Made by a program: the position numbers and the translations under genes. From positions 50,778,001 to 50,842,000 of the forward strand of contig NC_043010.1 in assembly GCF_006345805.1 (NCBI RefSeq): 64,000 nucleotides of DNA. Direction: 5' to 3'. Source of the stretch: Octopus sinensis (lineage: Eukaryota). The notes under the pieces are model-generated. The model was given only the letters and a program-made list of their open reading frames with translations, was not told the origin of the DNA and did no database searches. The first letter of the stretch is position 1; the number at the start of each line of letters is the position of its first letter. Below are positions 37,094 through 49,776 of this stretch, piece after piece.

Positions 37094-37564
37094 TTTGTCA
37101 GTGATATTAACCTTTATTGTCGGCACAATACTTGACAGAGAAGAATTGTCATTTTCAGTAAAGATTGTAAACACAGAACTGCAAATATCAGTACATAATT
37201 TCTTCTGTCTGTCTACTTGTACATGTTTGTAGATAATTGATCATGGTCAGAAACAGTTGAATGAACCACACTTTGCATGAATCAACAACACTCTCCCACA
37301 ATAATGTAGCTTCAGTTGAAATATTTCTTCACCTTCCTGGCAAAATGAATGCCTGAAAAATACAATAAGATTTTCTTAGATATGGTAAAATACAAGGAAT
37401 AGAATGGTTATTATTATTATCATAATCAAGTTCAAATCCCACCAGTGTAGATTATGCCTTTTTATTGTTTCCATAAAATAAACACTAGTAATATATTGAA
37501 GTTGATTTTTTACTTCCTTCATTAACAGTATGTGGCTAAGACCAAAATTAAAAAGTGACCATTA

Positions 37565-37783
37565 TTAACCCTTTTCATACCAACCCACGAGTCAGTTCTT
37601 GGTCTTACGATATAGGCTTTGTTCTTAAAGTGAACTAAATCAAAACTTTCCATCAATTCTATGTCAATGTTCCAAACACCAGCTTAATAATGACAGTCAT
37701 TTTATTAAATTCTTCGTTACTTTCAAAATAAATTGAGACAAAGACGGAATATCTCAACAGAAATATAGTAACAAAAGAGTTAA
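37565..37783. mobile_element. piggyBac-like MITE (second family)
   Basis: ttaaccctttt...aaaagagttaa with TTAA at both ends. Confidence 0.65.
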
Positions 37784-37784
37784 G

Positions 37785-38010
37785 GCAGTATTCTTGCAGA
37801 ATTGTTAGTGTGTCGGACAAAATGCTTAGCAGCATTTCTTCCAGCTCTTTGCATCCTGAGATCAAATACCTCTAAGACTAACTTTACTTTTCATTCTTTC
37901 AGGGTCGATAAAATAATGTAGGAATCAAGAACTGGGATGGAAGTACTCGACGCCCTCCGCCCCACTTAAAATTGCTGGTCTTGTGCCAAAATTTTAAATT
38001 ATTATTATTA
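37785..38010 (+). mobile_element. SINE family B, diverged
   Basis: ttttcattctttcagggtcgataaaataa core and (ATT)n tail. Confidence 0.7.
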
Positions 38011-38847
38011 TTGCTGATAATGAAGACAGTAATTAGCAGAGTGCTGTAACAAAATGCTATATTAAGAGTTCAAATTTCACAAAGTAACCTGTGACTTTCA
38101 TTCTGTTATGGTCAATGAAGTAAATACCAACTATGTACTGAAGTTAATTTAATCAACAATAACCCCACCATTAAAATTCTGTCACTTTATGCCCATGTGA
38201 GAAATAATTAACATCATCATCATAGATCTATTAAGTATGGTTCATTAAATGTTTCCTGGCCACATAATCATCATTATGTCTGCTTTTCCACGCTGGTATG
38301 AGTTGGATGAGTTTTATCGCAAGCAGTATTCTACAACCAGATGCCCTACTTGTTAGAACCTCTGGTTTTTTAATAAGATTTTCAATGCCACAGGTGCTCA
38401 AATATCAAGACTGATGAAACTCATGAGCTAAGAGATGTACAGATTACAGGAAACATGAACAAACATTACCATTTTTGTTCAAACGGTGTCAATGTGAAGA
38501 CACATTCAAATACGTGTGTGCGTGCACGCACGCATGTGTGTATAGACATCAACATTCTAACATCTTGTTCCTGTCAAACTGTCTTACACAGTTTAACATG
38601 AACAGGAAAGTCAGAAGACTACACCTAACTCTACTGACCGGATGCCCTTCTTAATGCTGACCACTTTACAGAGTATATGTAACAGGTACTTTTTATATGG
38701 CACCAGCAGCAGTGAGGTCACAAGTAACTTGCAGGACAAGAACCCCTCAAATAAAGGGAGTAGTATTAAGAGACAGAAAGGTGACTTGCATTAGAAGAGA
38801 CATGACTTCCTTAGATGGAGAAGAGAAAGAGGAAATATATATAGTTT

Positions 38848-38887
<40 letters not shown>

Positions 38888-39070
38888 AAACTAGTTCAAA
38901 TCCTTATTAGAGTATCTGCTTAAATGGAGTCTGGGATCAGGCTTGTTTGTGCCGGCATCAAGTCGCATAAGTTATAATAATCTAATCTAACCAAATAATG
39001 ATATTTTGAAAACATTTAATATGTAGGTTTCAGATCTGCATATGTGATAGGAAATACAACCCATTAAGCA

Positions 39071-39105
<35 letters not shown>

Positions 39106-40029
39106 ATATATATATATGGCTGTGTGATTAAGAACCTCATTCTGGAACTATGTGATTTTTTAGAATTTAGTCCCACATTAGAACATCTTGGGCAAGTGTC
39201 TTCTAAAATAACTTCATGCCAACTAAACCAAAGTCTTGTGAGCAGATCTAGTAGATAGAAACTTTAAGAAGCCTGTGTCATATATGTGTCATCATATGTC
39301 CATCTTTTATGCTAGCATGGGTGGGACAGTTTCATAAGAGCTAGCCAGGCAGAAGCCTGCACCAGACTTCTGTGACTATTTTAGCAGGATGACCTTCCTA
39401 ACACCAACCACTCAGCAGAGTTGACTTGGAGCTTTTTACGTGGCACAAGCAAACGAGGTGAGTAGTGTATATAGAAATGTTTATGTGTATGTATGACACA
39501 CACACCGCTTGACAACTGGTGTTGGTTTATATATGTAAATGTCAAACGATGAGATGAGTGCTCAACACCACATTGGTGGATATACAATTTCTTTATTTGT
39601 GAATTAAAGTTATCATTGGTCCCATATTAAGAAAAGTAGGAAAATATCTTAGTGTCTTAATTTTTCAAGTTGATCACAAGGAGAAAGGTATTCGCCTCCA
39701 TTCTGGAAAACAGTCTCGCTTTGTTCATGTGATTTCTTGTAAAGTCACGTATATAAAACACGAGAGAATAAACACACGCATTATATATTCATTCTTCACT
39801 CATTTATTATTATTCTTATTTTATCTTATGTCAACTAAATGGACTAAACAGAACAGGATGCAAATAGATGGAAGAGTCACTGAAGAGGTCACAGATGTGT
39901 GATGAAAGATTTCCAGACAATGGACATATGATAAAACAAGAACAATAATGAGTGGAAAGCGAATATATAGTGCATGTGTTTATTTGGCAAGAAAACAAAA
40001 ATGACCATCTCAAAATATAACAATATCTC

Positions 40030-40277
40030 TAGTAAAGATTGTTTGCCAACATAACACGGCAGTCCTGGTTTAGGACTAAAGTTGCTGTAATTTAGCTCCA
40101 GAAGATGTCGTCTCCAGCTGGCTATACGACATGATCTGTGTCCTTACGTTTTCGAAAATGTAAGGATACAGATCATGTCGTATAACCAGCTGGAGACGAT
40201 GACTCCTGGGGCTAAATTACAGCAACTTTAGTCCTAAACCAGGACTGCCGTGTTATGTTGGCAAACAATCTTTACTA
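40030..40277. repeat. 248-bp loop-less palindrome (foldback MITE)
   Basis: Two 124-bp arms centred on ttttc|gaaaa, about 8 mismatches, outer 66 bp perfect, TA at both ends. Confidence 0.92.
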
Positions 40278-40864
40278 CAAAGTACTGTTGCTGAATATCT
40301 CAAGTTGTGAGATTTAAAAATAGTAATTTTCTAATAACAATATCTGTTGCAACACACAATTTCACACCAGGAATCTTGCAAAAGATATTCATAAACATAT
40401 ATAAATACACACACATACATTTTATCAGCCAAGCAGAACGAAGGGCACAATTGTAATAAATGCACTTCGGTTTTCCACTGAGAGAAACAAACAGCTTCGT
40501 TAAGTGTTGTGGTCTTAGAGGAAGGAAAGAACAAGGTCGTACATGTAAGACACAAGACTTTGATACTTAATCATATACAATTACAAAAGTAAAGAAAAGT
40601 AAAAGTAATGTTATGTATGTCTTAAATAGCTATCATGCTACCATGATACAATTATTTCAGTTTCAACACACGATTTTCAATCAAATCATTTACCAAAACA
40701 AGTAAATTCTCTGAAAATGAGTAATTAACTTTAATTACATAGTCTTTTACAGTATAAATGGGCTGCAGCAATGCTGTGGCACTGCCATCTGTGTGTTTGT
40801 AATTTTGTTCTTGGGTACAAAGTGTGTGTCGTATGTATGTATGTATAAATATATACGCACACAA

Positions 40865-41082
40865 TGAGAGGGTGCTGAAAAATTCCTGGCTTTAAGAGTA
40901 TCATGCAAAACCTGGTTGGAGGCCCAGCCTTCTGAGATCTTTTACAGGGCCTAGAAAAACTGAAGGACCACTACAATAAGTGTGTGAATCTGAGAGGGGA
41001 ATATGTTGACTAAAATCATAATTAACTGAACCTCCTGTACTATCTTTTAACCAAAGCCAGGAACTTTTCAGCACTTCATTGT
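40865..41082. mobile_element. Mariner-derived MITE
   Basis: TIRs ggtgctgaaaaattcctggcttt and aaagccaggaacttttcagcac. The interior keeps the mariner C-terminal KCVNLRGEYV codons. Confidence 0.75.
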
Positions 41083-42002
41083 GTGTGTGTGTGTGTCAGT
41101 AGTTGTGCGAAGCAGTGATAGGAAATAATCAAACTTTAGGTCAGTTCCAATACGTTTGGGAGACAGTTCAACTTGTAATAGTTATTTCAGGGCAGTTTAA
41201 TGTGTAGAAGAAATTCTCAGTTTAGGTAAAAACAAGTAGGAACACCATTATCAGCTGAAAGCACTCTCTAGACCGATAGCTACAATTCTAGTTTGTTGGC
41301 TGTCTTCAGGACCAGATACCAAGAGAGGCAACTCTGAGCTGACTGGAAATCTTTAGCATTATAAAAAACTTCAGTAAATACTAGTTTAGTTACTGGTTTG
41401 TTCATGAAGGCTACCAGGCCAGAATAAATATGTTAGTTGCATGAAACTAATGATGGGAAATAAACATTAAGTCAGTTCAAATGTGTTTAAGACAATCAAC
41501 ATCATTTGAATGAGCTTTCAGTTTATAAACACTGCCAAGAAACCTGAATATGCTTTCAAAGTGGACTGTAAACAACATTATCTTGGTGAACAGTGGAGCT
41601 TTTGTCTACAATTACATGCAAAGATAAAGGGAAATACAGATTCATTCAAACAAACACACATAATACATGCATGCACAATAGGGTTTTTTAGTTTTCATCT
41701 TGCAATTTGACTCACAAGGTACAAGGTTGGCCCACAGCTATAGTACAGTACAGAATAATCGACAGTGCCCACACAGTGGGAGCTAACTACAAGATTCCAA
41801 AGCGAACTTCTTAACCACAGAGGTATATCTGCAGATATTACATATATATGTGTGTATGTATGTATGTGTGTGTATATGTATATATATATATATATATTTA
41901 ATTACATCCACAGTGTGTAAATACAATAAACATTAAAAAGGACAAGGAGAAAAATGTTTTACAAATAAGGTATTGGTTTAAGGAATAAATATATATATAA
42001 AA

Positions 42003-42240
42003 TACACCAATCCGACCGTGGCCGTTGCCAGCCTCGCCTGGCACCAGTGCAGGTGGCACGTAAAAAGCACCCACTAACACTCACGGAGTGGTTGGCGTTA
42101 GGAAGGGCATCCAGCTGTAGAAACATTGCCAGATAAGACTGGAGCCTGGTGCAGCCTTCTGGCTTCCCAGATCCCCGGTCGAACCGTCCAACCCATGCTA
42201 GCATGGAGAACGGACGTTAAACGATGATGATGATGATGAT
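42003..42240 (+). mobile_element. RTE-LINE 3' tail copy ending in (GAT)n
   Basis: Matches the 3' UTR of the LINEs at 49.8 and 56.4 kb. Confidence 0.85.
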
Positions 42241-44169
42241 ATCATGTTGAACCATTAAACCCTACACATTTAAAAGCAGTCTTTCCTGAGTTGTCAACCA
42301 AACACTTAAATGTAAATGATAGCAAGTTCCAGATAACCCTAATACAAATGAAAACAATTACCCTTAAAAATTACTTTAAGAAGCCCTCCAAATTTTGTAT
42401 CACAATTCATAAATGGAGAACTGCTGGATTGGTGACAGCAAAATTGCTGAGCCAAGAAGAAACATACTCAGAGCAATTTTAACAGAATTGAAACGACCTC
42501 TGAGCCGACAAGGAGACTCTTATCTGTGTGTGATAAAACATGCTGGTGGACTCTAGTTAATCATCCATCAACGTGTTCAGCCAACCACCCTCCATTTATT
42601 CAGAATAATCTCTCAAAAGCTATATCCTTGATAGAATTATAATTAACTTCTTAAACCTAATCTGATTGTAGAATTTTCAGTCAGAATGATAAGGTAACCT
42701 CCCAAAGCTGTACTGGCGATAGAATCTGAGTTGGAAATTTGAGTGACGCTTTATATTAAGGCCGTCATCTCAAAATAGTTAAAGATCACAACCAAAATCA
42801 TTCAAATAATATTCGATACACACTTGAAACATTTTAAAATTTTCTAAAGAAACAAACAATAATGCTATAACAATTAAATGTTCTTGTGTAAAATATATAA
42901 AACTAAACAAGCACAGTAGTGCTCCTTCCCATATATAGCAGTGATTCCATCAGATTGTTCTAGTAAAAAAAAAAAAAAAAGAAATAATACCGGATGCATT
43001 ATGTTATAGTTTTCAGTTAGTAAATCTCGCCACAAATTGCACATTAGCTTTAACATATCCAAGATATTACATTACTTCAAGAGGGCAAATTAACAAAACA
43101 ACTTAGGGGAATTTTACAGCACCCACACGAATTACAATGCTAGAAATAAAAATTTTAAGATCTCACATTATAAACTTCTTAGAGACTACCGTAAATAGAG
43201 AGAAAAAAAATTTTTTTTTAATCATTTTTTAGTTGGTAAAACTAACCAAATAATATTCAGGTAATATTAAAATGAAACTAACTTGCAGAATATTAAAAAA
43301 AAAAAATTGATGGAACCCTTCGATGACACGAAACACATCCTGCTCTGTAGTATTCATTGATATTGAAACAGCAGAAACAAAGAGGCAAACCTGTTTTTTT
43401 TTATATATATTATATATATACGAATCAACTGTATGTTCGAGGTCTTGATCTTAATTCATCTTCCTCGTTAAGACATAACAAATGATTTCTTCGTTCGACG
43501 AATTAATAAACCACCTGACATTTTATCTTTGTACAGAGTGATTTCCCTTCACAGACATAACCGATCGATTATTATCATTACTATTTTTATTATTATTACT
43601 ACTACTACTACTACTAGAGAAACGTAGTCAAATGAAATATTAATATTAATGAAATGTTCTCTCGTTATCAAATAATAATCAACGACGAGCAAGAGAACAG
43701 AGTGTAGTGTCTCTATAGCCGCAGGCCCTGCTAAATTTAGTAATCAAAATCTCCCTCGAATTTCATTTAAGACGGCGAGGTGCATGTAATGCGCATTAGC
43801 CATGTTACGAGAAGCTTTACGCCTCGAAATAAGATCGAGTGGTCACGACTGGAATAACCTTTGATGTGATCGATTCAATTAGGGCTGATTAAGGGTGATC
43901 AACTAAAAACAACAATCAATCAACGGATCAATTGCTAAACAAACTACCAAATATCTCCCTACGCATTCCATTACCGTCTTACAAAAAGCAATGAATTACA
44001 GTCGTAATGAATTCTGAAACAATATGTTTGAAGTATATAAAAGACGAGACGGCCATAGCAGGAATACCGGCAAGATCTATGTAAACGTTAATAATAATAA
44101 TTATAATAAATAACAATAAAATGAATAAACAGCAGTCAATAGATTTCGTCATAAATTTAAGATAGCGCA

Positions 44170-44470
44170 TCTTCGTTTTAAGCGAGTTCCGGCAAGGTTC
44201 GAATACAAAATGGATTTCTATGTAATTTCAAAAAAGAAGTTAGTGGGAGCGTACAAGTACCTGTGGTGATTCGCAATGTAGATAAAAATAACATGAGAAG
44301 AACAAGAATCGGCAGAACTTTACTTCTTCTACGAAGCAGCTTCTCCTCGGTTTTATCGGCAAGCCGGTAAAGACCTACATAGCGAGCGACATGGCCGTGA
44401 CGCAGAGCTGTTCGCTTCAGAGTCACGTGTTTCCGGTTCAGTACTACTGCGGGGCACCTTGGGATGACCC
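44170..44470 (-). promoter_or_regulatory. Candidate CpG-rich promoter / first exon of ZNF gene B
   Basis: High CpG density, E-box gtcacgtg, ETS-like tttccgg, and a minus-strand donor CAG|GTACTT at about 44260. Inference only. Confidence 0.35.
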
Positions 44471-44506
44471 ACAATTTTCATGTGTATAAAGCTAAAATCA
44501 ATAATT

Positions 44507-44539
<33 letters not shown>

Positions 44540-44664
44540 GACGATTGTGTGTGTGTGTGTGTGTGTGTGTGTATTATAAGATATATCAATAACATATTTT
44601 ACATAGTCCAAACATTATCTGGTACAGAACTCAATACACTGGATAGAGTGTATAGATATGTATT

Positions 44665-44900
44665 AAGGCGGTGAGCTGGCAGAAACGTTAGCACGCCGGG
44701 CGAAATGCGTAGGCGTATTTCGTCCGCCGTTACGTTCTGAGTTCAAATTCCGCCGAGGTCGACTTTGCCTTTCATCCTTTCGGGGTCGATAAATAAAGTA
44801 CCGGTTACGCACTGGGGGTCGATGTAATCGACTTAATCCCTTTGTCTGTCCTTGTTTGTCCCCTCTGTGTTTAGCCCCTTGTGGGTAGTAAAGAAATATG
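44665..44900 (+). mobile_element. SINE family B, young intact copy
   Basis: aaggcggtgagctggcagaaacg...gagttcaaattccgccgaggtcgactttgcctttcatcctttcggggtcgataaa. Confidence 0.85.
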
Positions 44901-45327
44901 TATGTATTTATTATACCTAAAAAATAAAGTAGCTTCCTGAGTCACATTGACTCAAAGGGCCAATCTCCTGGTTCTTGGGGAATATATATTCCTATCTGGA
45001 CAGGATGCCAGTCCGTCATAGGAATATTCATATTTGCCAGCTCAGTGAAGTAGAGCAATGTGAAATGAACACAATGCTGGAATCGAAACCACAATCTTAT
45101 GATCATGAGTCCAACACCCTAACCACTAAGCTACACACCTCCACTAATTGTATCTAAGTTGACATTCTTCTCTTGAATTTCACCCTCAGCTTGGCTGGGC
45201 ATGACGGTGAAACTTAGAGTAGAATGTTGACATTGATACAATAGCACACACACACACACACACACACAAATGCATTTGTTTATGTGTATGTGTGTGTGTG
45301 CGTGTGGGGGGTGCATGTTTGTGTATA

Positions 45328-45665
45328 CATCATCATCATCGTTTAACGTCAGCTTTCCATGCTGGCATGGGTCAGACGGTTCAACTGGGGTCTGGGAAGC
45401 CAGAAGGCTGCACCAGGCCCAGTCTGATCTGGCAGTGTTTCTACAGCTGGATGCCCTTCCTAATGCCAACCACTCCGTGAGTGTAGTGGGTGCTTTTTAC
45501 ATGCTAGACGAGGCTGGCAAACGGCCACGATCGGATGGTGCTTTTTTCCGTGCCACCGGCACAGAGGCCAGTCAGAGCGGCGTTAGCTACGGCCACGTTC
45601 GGATGGTTCTCTTACGTGCCACTGGCACTGGTATCACAGCCACAAATTCCATTGGTGTTGATCGA
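45328..45665 (-). mobile_element. RTE-LINE 3' tail copy
   Basis: Begins catcatcatcgtttaacgtc and contains ggccacg-type modules. Confidence 0.85.
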
Positions 45666-45721
45666 TTACGATTTTGATCGACAGAGAGAGGGAGATAAAT
45701 ACATTTATTGATCTATATATG

Positions 45722-45990
45722 TATCATCATCATCATCATCATTCATTTAGTGTCCGTTTTCCATGCTAGCATGGGTTGGATGGTTCAACTGGGGTCTGGG
45801 GAGCCCGAAGGCTGCACCAGGCCAGTCAGATCTGGCAGTGTTTCTACAGCTGGATGCCCTTCCTAACGCCAACCACTCCGAGAGTGTAGTGGGGGATTTT
45901 ATGTACCACCGACACAGGTGCCAGACGAGGCTGGCAGACGGCCACGCTCGGATGGTGTTTTTTATGTGCCACCGACACAGGTGCCAGACG
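45722..45990 (-). mobile_element. RTE-LINE 3' tail copy
   Basis: Same family; about two 59-bp modules. Confidence 0.85.
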
Positions 45991-46043
45991 AATTCAAATA
46001 AATGCATATATACACTTATATGCATATACACACATCTAGATAT

Positions 46044-46114
<71 letters not shown>

Positions 46115-46979
46115 CACACACACACACGTCTGTCTTTGTATTTATTCCCCACTACCACTTGATAAGCAGTGTTGATTTGTTTATGTTGTAAAGCGGGTTT
46201 CTCCCACTGGTGCGATGTGTGACTACTGTTGTACTGCAGTTGCTGTTTTATACTAGTAGCCACAGTAGTTACAAGTCATCGGATACCATTATACCTCTTC
46301 CTACTGGAATAGTAATACACTAACTTCTTCGGTCTTACTATCACTGATAGCTCCACAAGACACTGACTAGAACTCTTGACTCTTGGCCCTCTCTTGATGA
46401 CTGCCTATTGGCTGCTCCTACCACTTTTTACTGGGAGGGGTATACAGTTTCAGTATACAACAGTTCACATCCCTATAACTTAGCAGTTCAACAAAAAGAG
46501 ACCAATAGAATAAGTACCAAACTTAAAAACAAGTCCTGGGGTCAATGTGCACAACTAAAACCTTCCAAGGTGAAACCCCAGCATGGCTGCACTCTAATGA
46601 TTGAAACAAAGATAGAACATGTCTGTAAATAGGTTGTCAAAGGATCTGATGTTCTTATATCTATTTGCTCTAACAAAGCAAAACAGCTGTGATGAAATTA
46701 CTGATAATAATTATGTTTATAATGACAGACAGATAAATAGATATGGTGATGCAAACAGGAAAAATAGATTTCAAATATGAGTATATGTATATTTTATTAA
46801 TATTTAGCAGAAGCAACAGAGTGTCTCACGTATAGAGAGTTTCATACATTGGCACTTAACAAACTTAGTAAGTGGCAACACACAAAATTCTTGGCCCTTG
46901 AGTTATTCTATATATATACTAAAGGTCTGAGTCTCATGCATTGGCACTTATCAAGCTACTAGTTATTAATAAAAATATA

Positions 46980-47487
46980 GTTCTATATGTATTGAGGAAT
47001 TATGTACATTTACATTTGACAGATATTTGTCCTCATCTTGTTTGTTGTTAACACAACGTTTCAGCTGATATACCCTCCAGCCTTCATCAGGTGCCTTGGA
47101 GAAATTTCAAACCTGGGTCCTCATTCCTAAGGTATTTTTGATGTTGTTGTTGTTGTTAATATTATTATTCAAGTCACTGCCTGGAATCAAACTCAGAATC
47201 TTGGGGTTAGTAGCCCATGCTCTTAACCACTACACCCCTGGTCACATGGCATAGTGGTTAAGAGCACGGGCTATGAACACCAAGATTCCGATTCCAGGCA
47301 GTGACCTGAAGACTAATAATAATAATAATAATAACAATAACAATAATAATATCGAAAAATACCTCAGGAATGAGAACCCAGGTTCGAAATTTCCCCAAGA
47401 CACCTAATGAAGGCTAGAGAGTATATCAGCCGAAATGTTGTGTTTACAACAAACAAGATAAGGACAAATATCCGTCAAATGTAAATA
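46980..47487. mobile_element. Palindromic twin element: two outward-facing tRNA-like heads, each followed by a Penelope-type hammerhead motif; 15-bp TSD
   Basis: Arms 47008-47233 and 47249-47486 are reverse complements. TSD attaataaaaatata at 46965-46979 and 47488-47502. CUGAUGA...GAAAC on the minus strand at 47090-47058. Confidence 0.8.
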
Positions 47488-47784
47488 ATTAATAAAAATA
47501 TACTGACAACAAGAAAAGCAAAAGTGAAAGAGATAGGCTAACAGACAGAGATCTTCTCTATTCTTGACACAGATTCTGAAATTTTAAAATTAAGCGAAAA
47601 TTCTCAAATTTGGTATATTGATGTAGTTTTCACATTGAATTCAATTTTATGGTTCATTTATTCTAGAAAAATTTTAGTAAAATATTACAGAGGTTTAAAG
47701 TTTGATCATTTTTACCCAATCAGAAAACAGGATTTGGAAATTCATCATTTTGTGGTGTGATAAGCTCTTTATCATAAAATGAAA

Positions 47785-48140
47785 GCTTCCTTCCCGACCA
47801 CAAAATTCTGGGTTCAGTCCCACTGCATGGCACCTTGAGCAAGTGTCTATTCTAGCCTCTGGCCAACTGAAGCCTTGTGAGTAGATTAGGTAGATGGAAA
47901 CTGAAAGAAGCCAATCGTACATGTGTGTGTGTGTGTCCCACCACAGCTTGACAAATGGTGTTGGTGTGTTTACATTCCCATAAGTTAATGATTCAGCAAA
48001 AGAGACAGAATAAGTACTAGGCTTGAAAAACAAAAAAAAAGGCCTGGGATCGATTTCTTCAACTAAAACCCTTGAAGACAGTGCCCCAGCATGGCAGTAG
48101 TGAAATGACTGAAACAAGTAACAGATAATAGATTAAAAGA
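47785..48140 (+). mobile_element. SINE family A, diverged
   Basis: gggttcagtcccactgcatggcaccttgagcaagtgtct...gactgaaacaagtaa. Confidence 0.75.
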
Positions 48141-48472
48141 CGGAGTTTTACACAAAATGAAAGCAATGCATGAGAGATAATACACATAGAGAGAAAAACA
48201 GAGTGACAAAAAGTGTGGTAAATATATAAAGAAAGATTGATGGTGACAGATAGAGAGTAGGAGAGTTGTCAATCTAAAACTTAAGTTATTTCTCATAGCA
48301 AATTATATCTTTTTATTATAATTTGTGGAAGACCCTCTTTTGGGACACAGATTTCCAAAATCAAATTCATTTTTCTCTAAGACAACAGTTTCAGAGCCTT
48401 TCAAGGCTAAACCCAGATACATTCGTTATTTATATAGTAGAAGATATGTGTGTATTTGTTCATGTATGTATG

Positions 48473-48504
<32 letters not shown>

Positions 48505-48519
48505 ACTATTTGAGCGTGG

Positions 48520-48730
48520 CCATTGCCAGTACCGCCTGACTGGCCCTAATGCCGGTGGCACGTAAAGGCATCCACTACACTCTTGGAGTGGTTTGCATTA
48601 GGAAGGGCATCTAGCCGTAGAAACTCTGCCAGATCATATTAGAGCCTGGTGCAGTCATCTGGCTCACCAGTCCTCAATCAAACCATCCAACCCATGCCAG
48701 CATGGAAAGTGAACGATGATGATGATGATA
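48520..48730 (+). mobile_element. RTE-LINE 3' tail copy
   Basis: ttaggaagggcatc...cccatgccagcatggaaag followed by (GAT)n. Confidence 0.8.
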
Positions 48731-48752
48731 TGTGTATGTGTGTGTATATATA

Positions 48753-48821
<69 letters not shown>

Positions 48822-48829
48822 AGTTAATG

Positions 48830-49435
48830 TTCTGAAAAGACACCTACATAGATTGCACATCCAATTTGGACCACCAAAAGTTGCAGATAAGTTCTGATCT
48901 TTGTGGATCTTAAAATGTCTTTTGAGGCCTCATTTAGATTTGCAAACCTTCTGGCATACACTTAATTCAAAGGTGTGCACAGACATATAGGCAGAATAGT
49001 TGGTGGAGGTTCGTTTTCCATGGGTTTGCAGATGAGATTTGAGCCCAGCAAAAGACAGGCATGGTCTCTCACAAATTACGCACACAAAAAAGGTCGTTGT
49101 CATTCACCATCTCAATCATAACATTCTCCCTTAGATCTCTTTTCAGTCTTACATGCGTTATCCTGGCCTCTTCAAATGCTTTCACTCCAATCCACAATTT
49201 TGTTTGCCATCAAACTCGATCCGAAGCAAGGGTTTCTATGTCCTCTGGACCCATTCCAAGTGACTTCAAAGTAGTCCTTATGCTGTCCTTAAACCTTTTT
49301 TTAGGTTTACACTGATAGCATTTCCCCTCTGCAAGATCACCATAAAACAGCTGTTTCATCATGCGTTCATCCGCCATTCAAACAATATGGCCACACCATC
49401 TCATTTGGTTCTTCAAAATCATAGCTTTAACTGAT
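48830..49435 (-). mobile_element. Decayed RTE/BovB-like LINE C-terminal fragment
   Basis: Minus strand reads QMRWCGHIV*MADERMMKQLFYGDLAEGK...KKRFKDSIR, then GLKSHLQTH and GLKRHFKIH zinc-knuckle-like ends. Confidence 0.8.
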
Positions 49436-49723
49436 GTGATGCCTTTCCCAACGCCAACCACTCCAAGAGTGTAGTGGCTGCTTTTATGTGCCACAGGCAC
49501 GAGGGCCAGTCCAGCGGTAGTATATAATTATATATATAAATATATTTACACACACACATATATATATATATATATACATACATACATCAATAGGCTTGAA
49601 ACGTAAAAGACTTTTTCTATTCCTGAGCGTTATACTAATACATCTGTTTGTTTTGTACACCACCTGTCTTCGTCTTTTGTGTTTTTCGTAAACTCTCCCT
49701 ATATATGTATATACATATATATA

Positions 49724-49769
<46 letters not shown>

Positions 49770-49776
49770 AATATCA

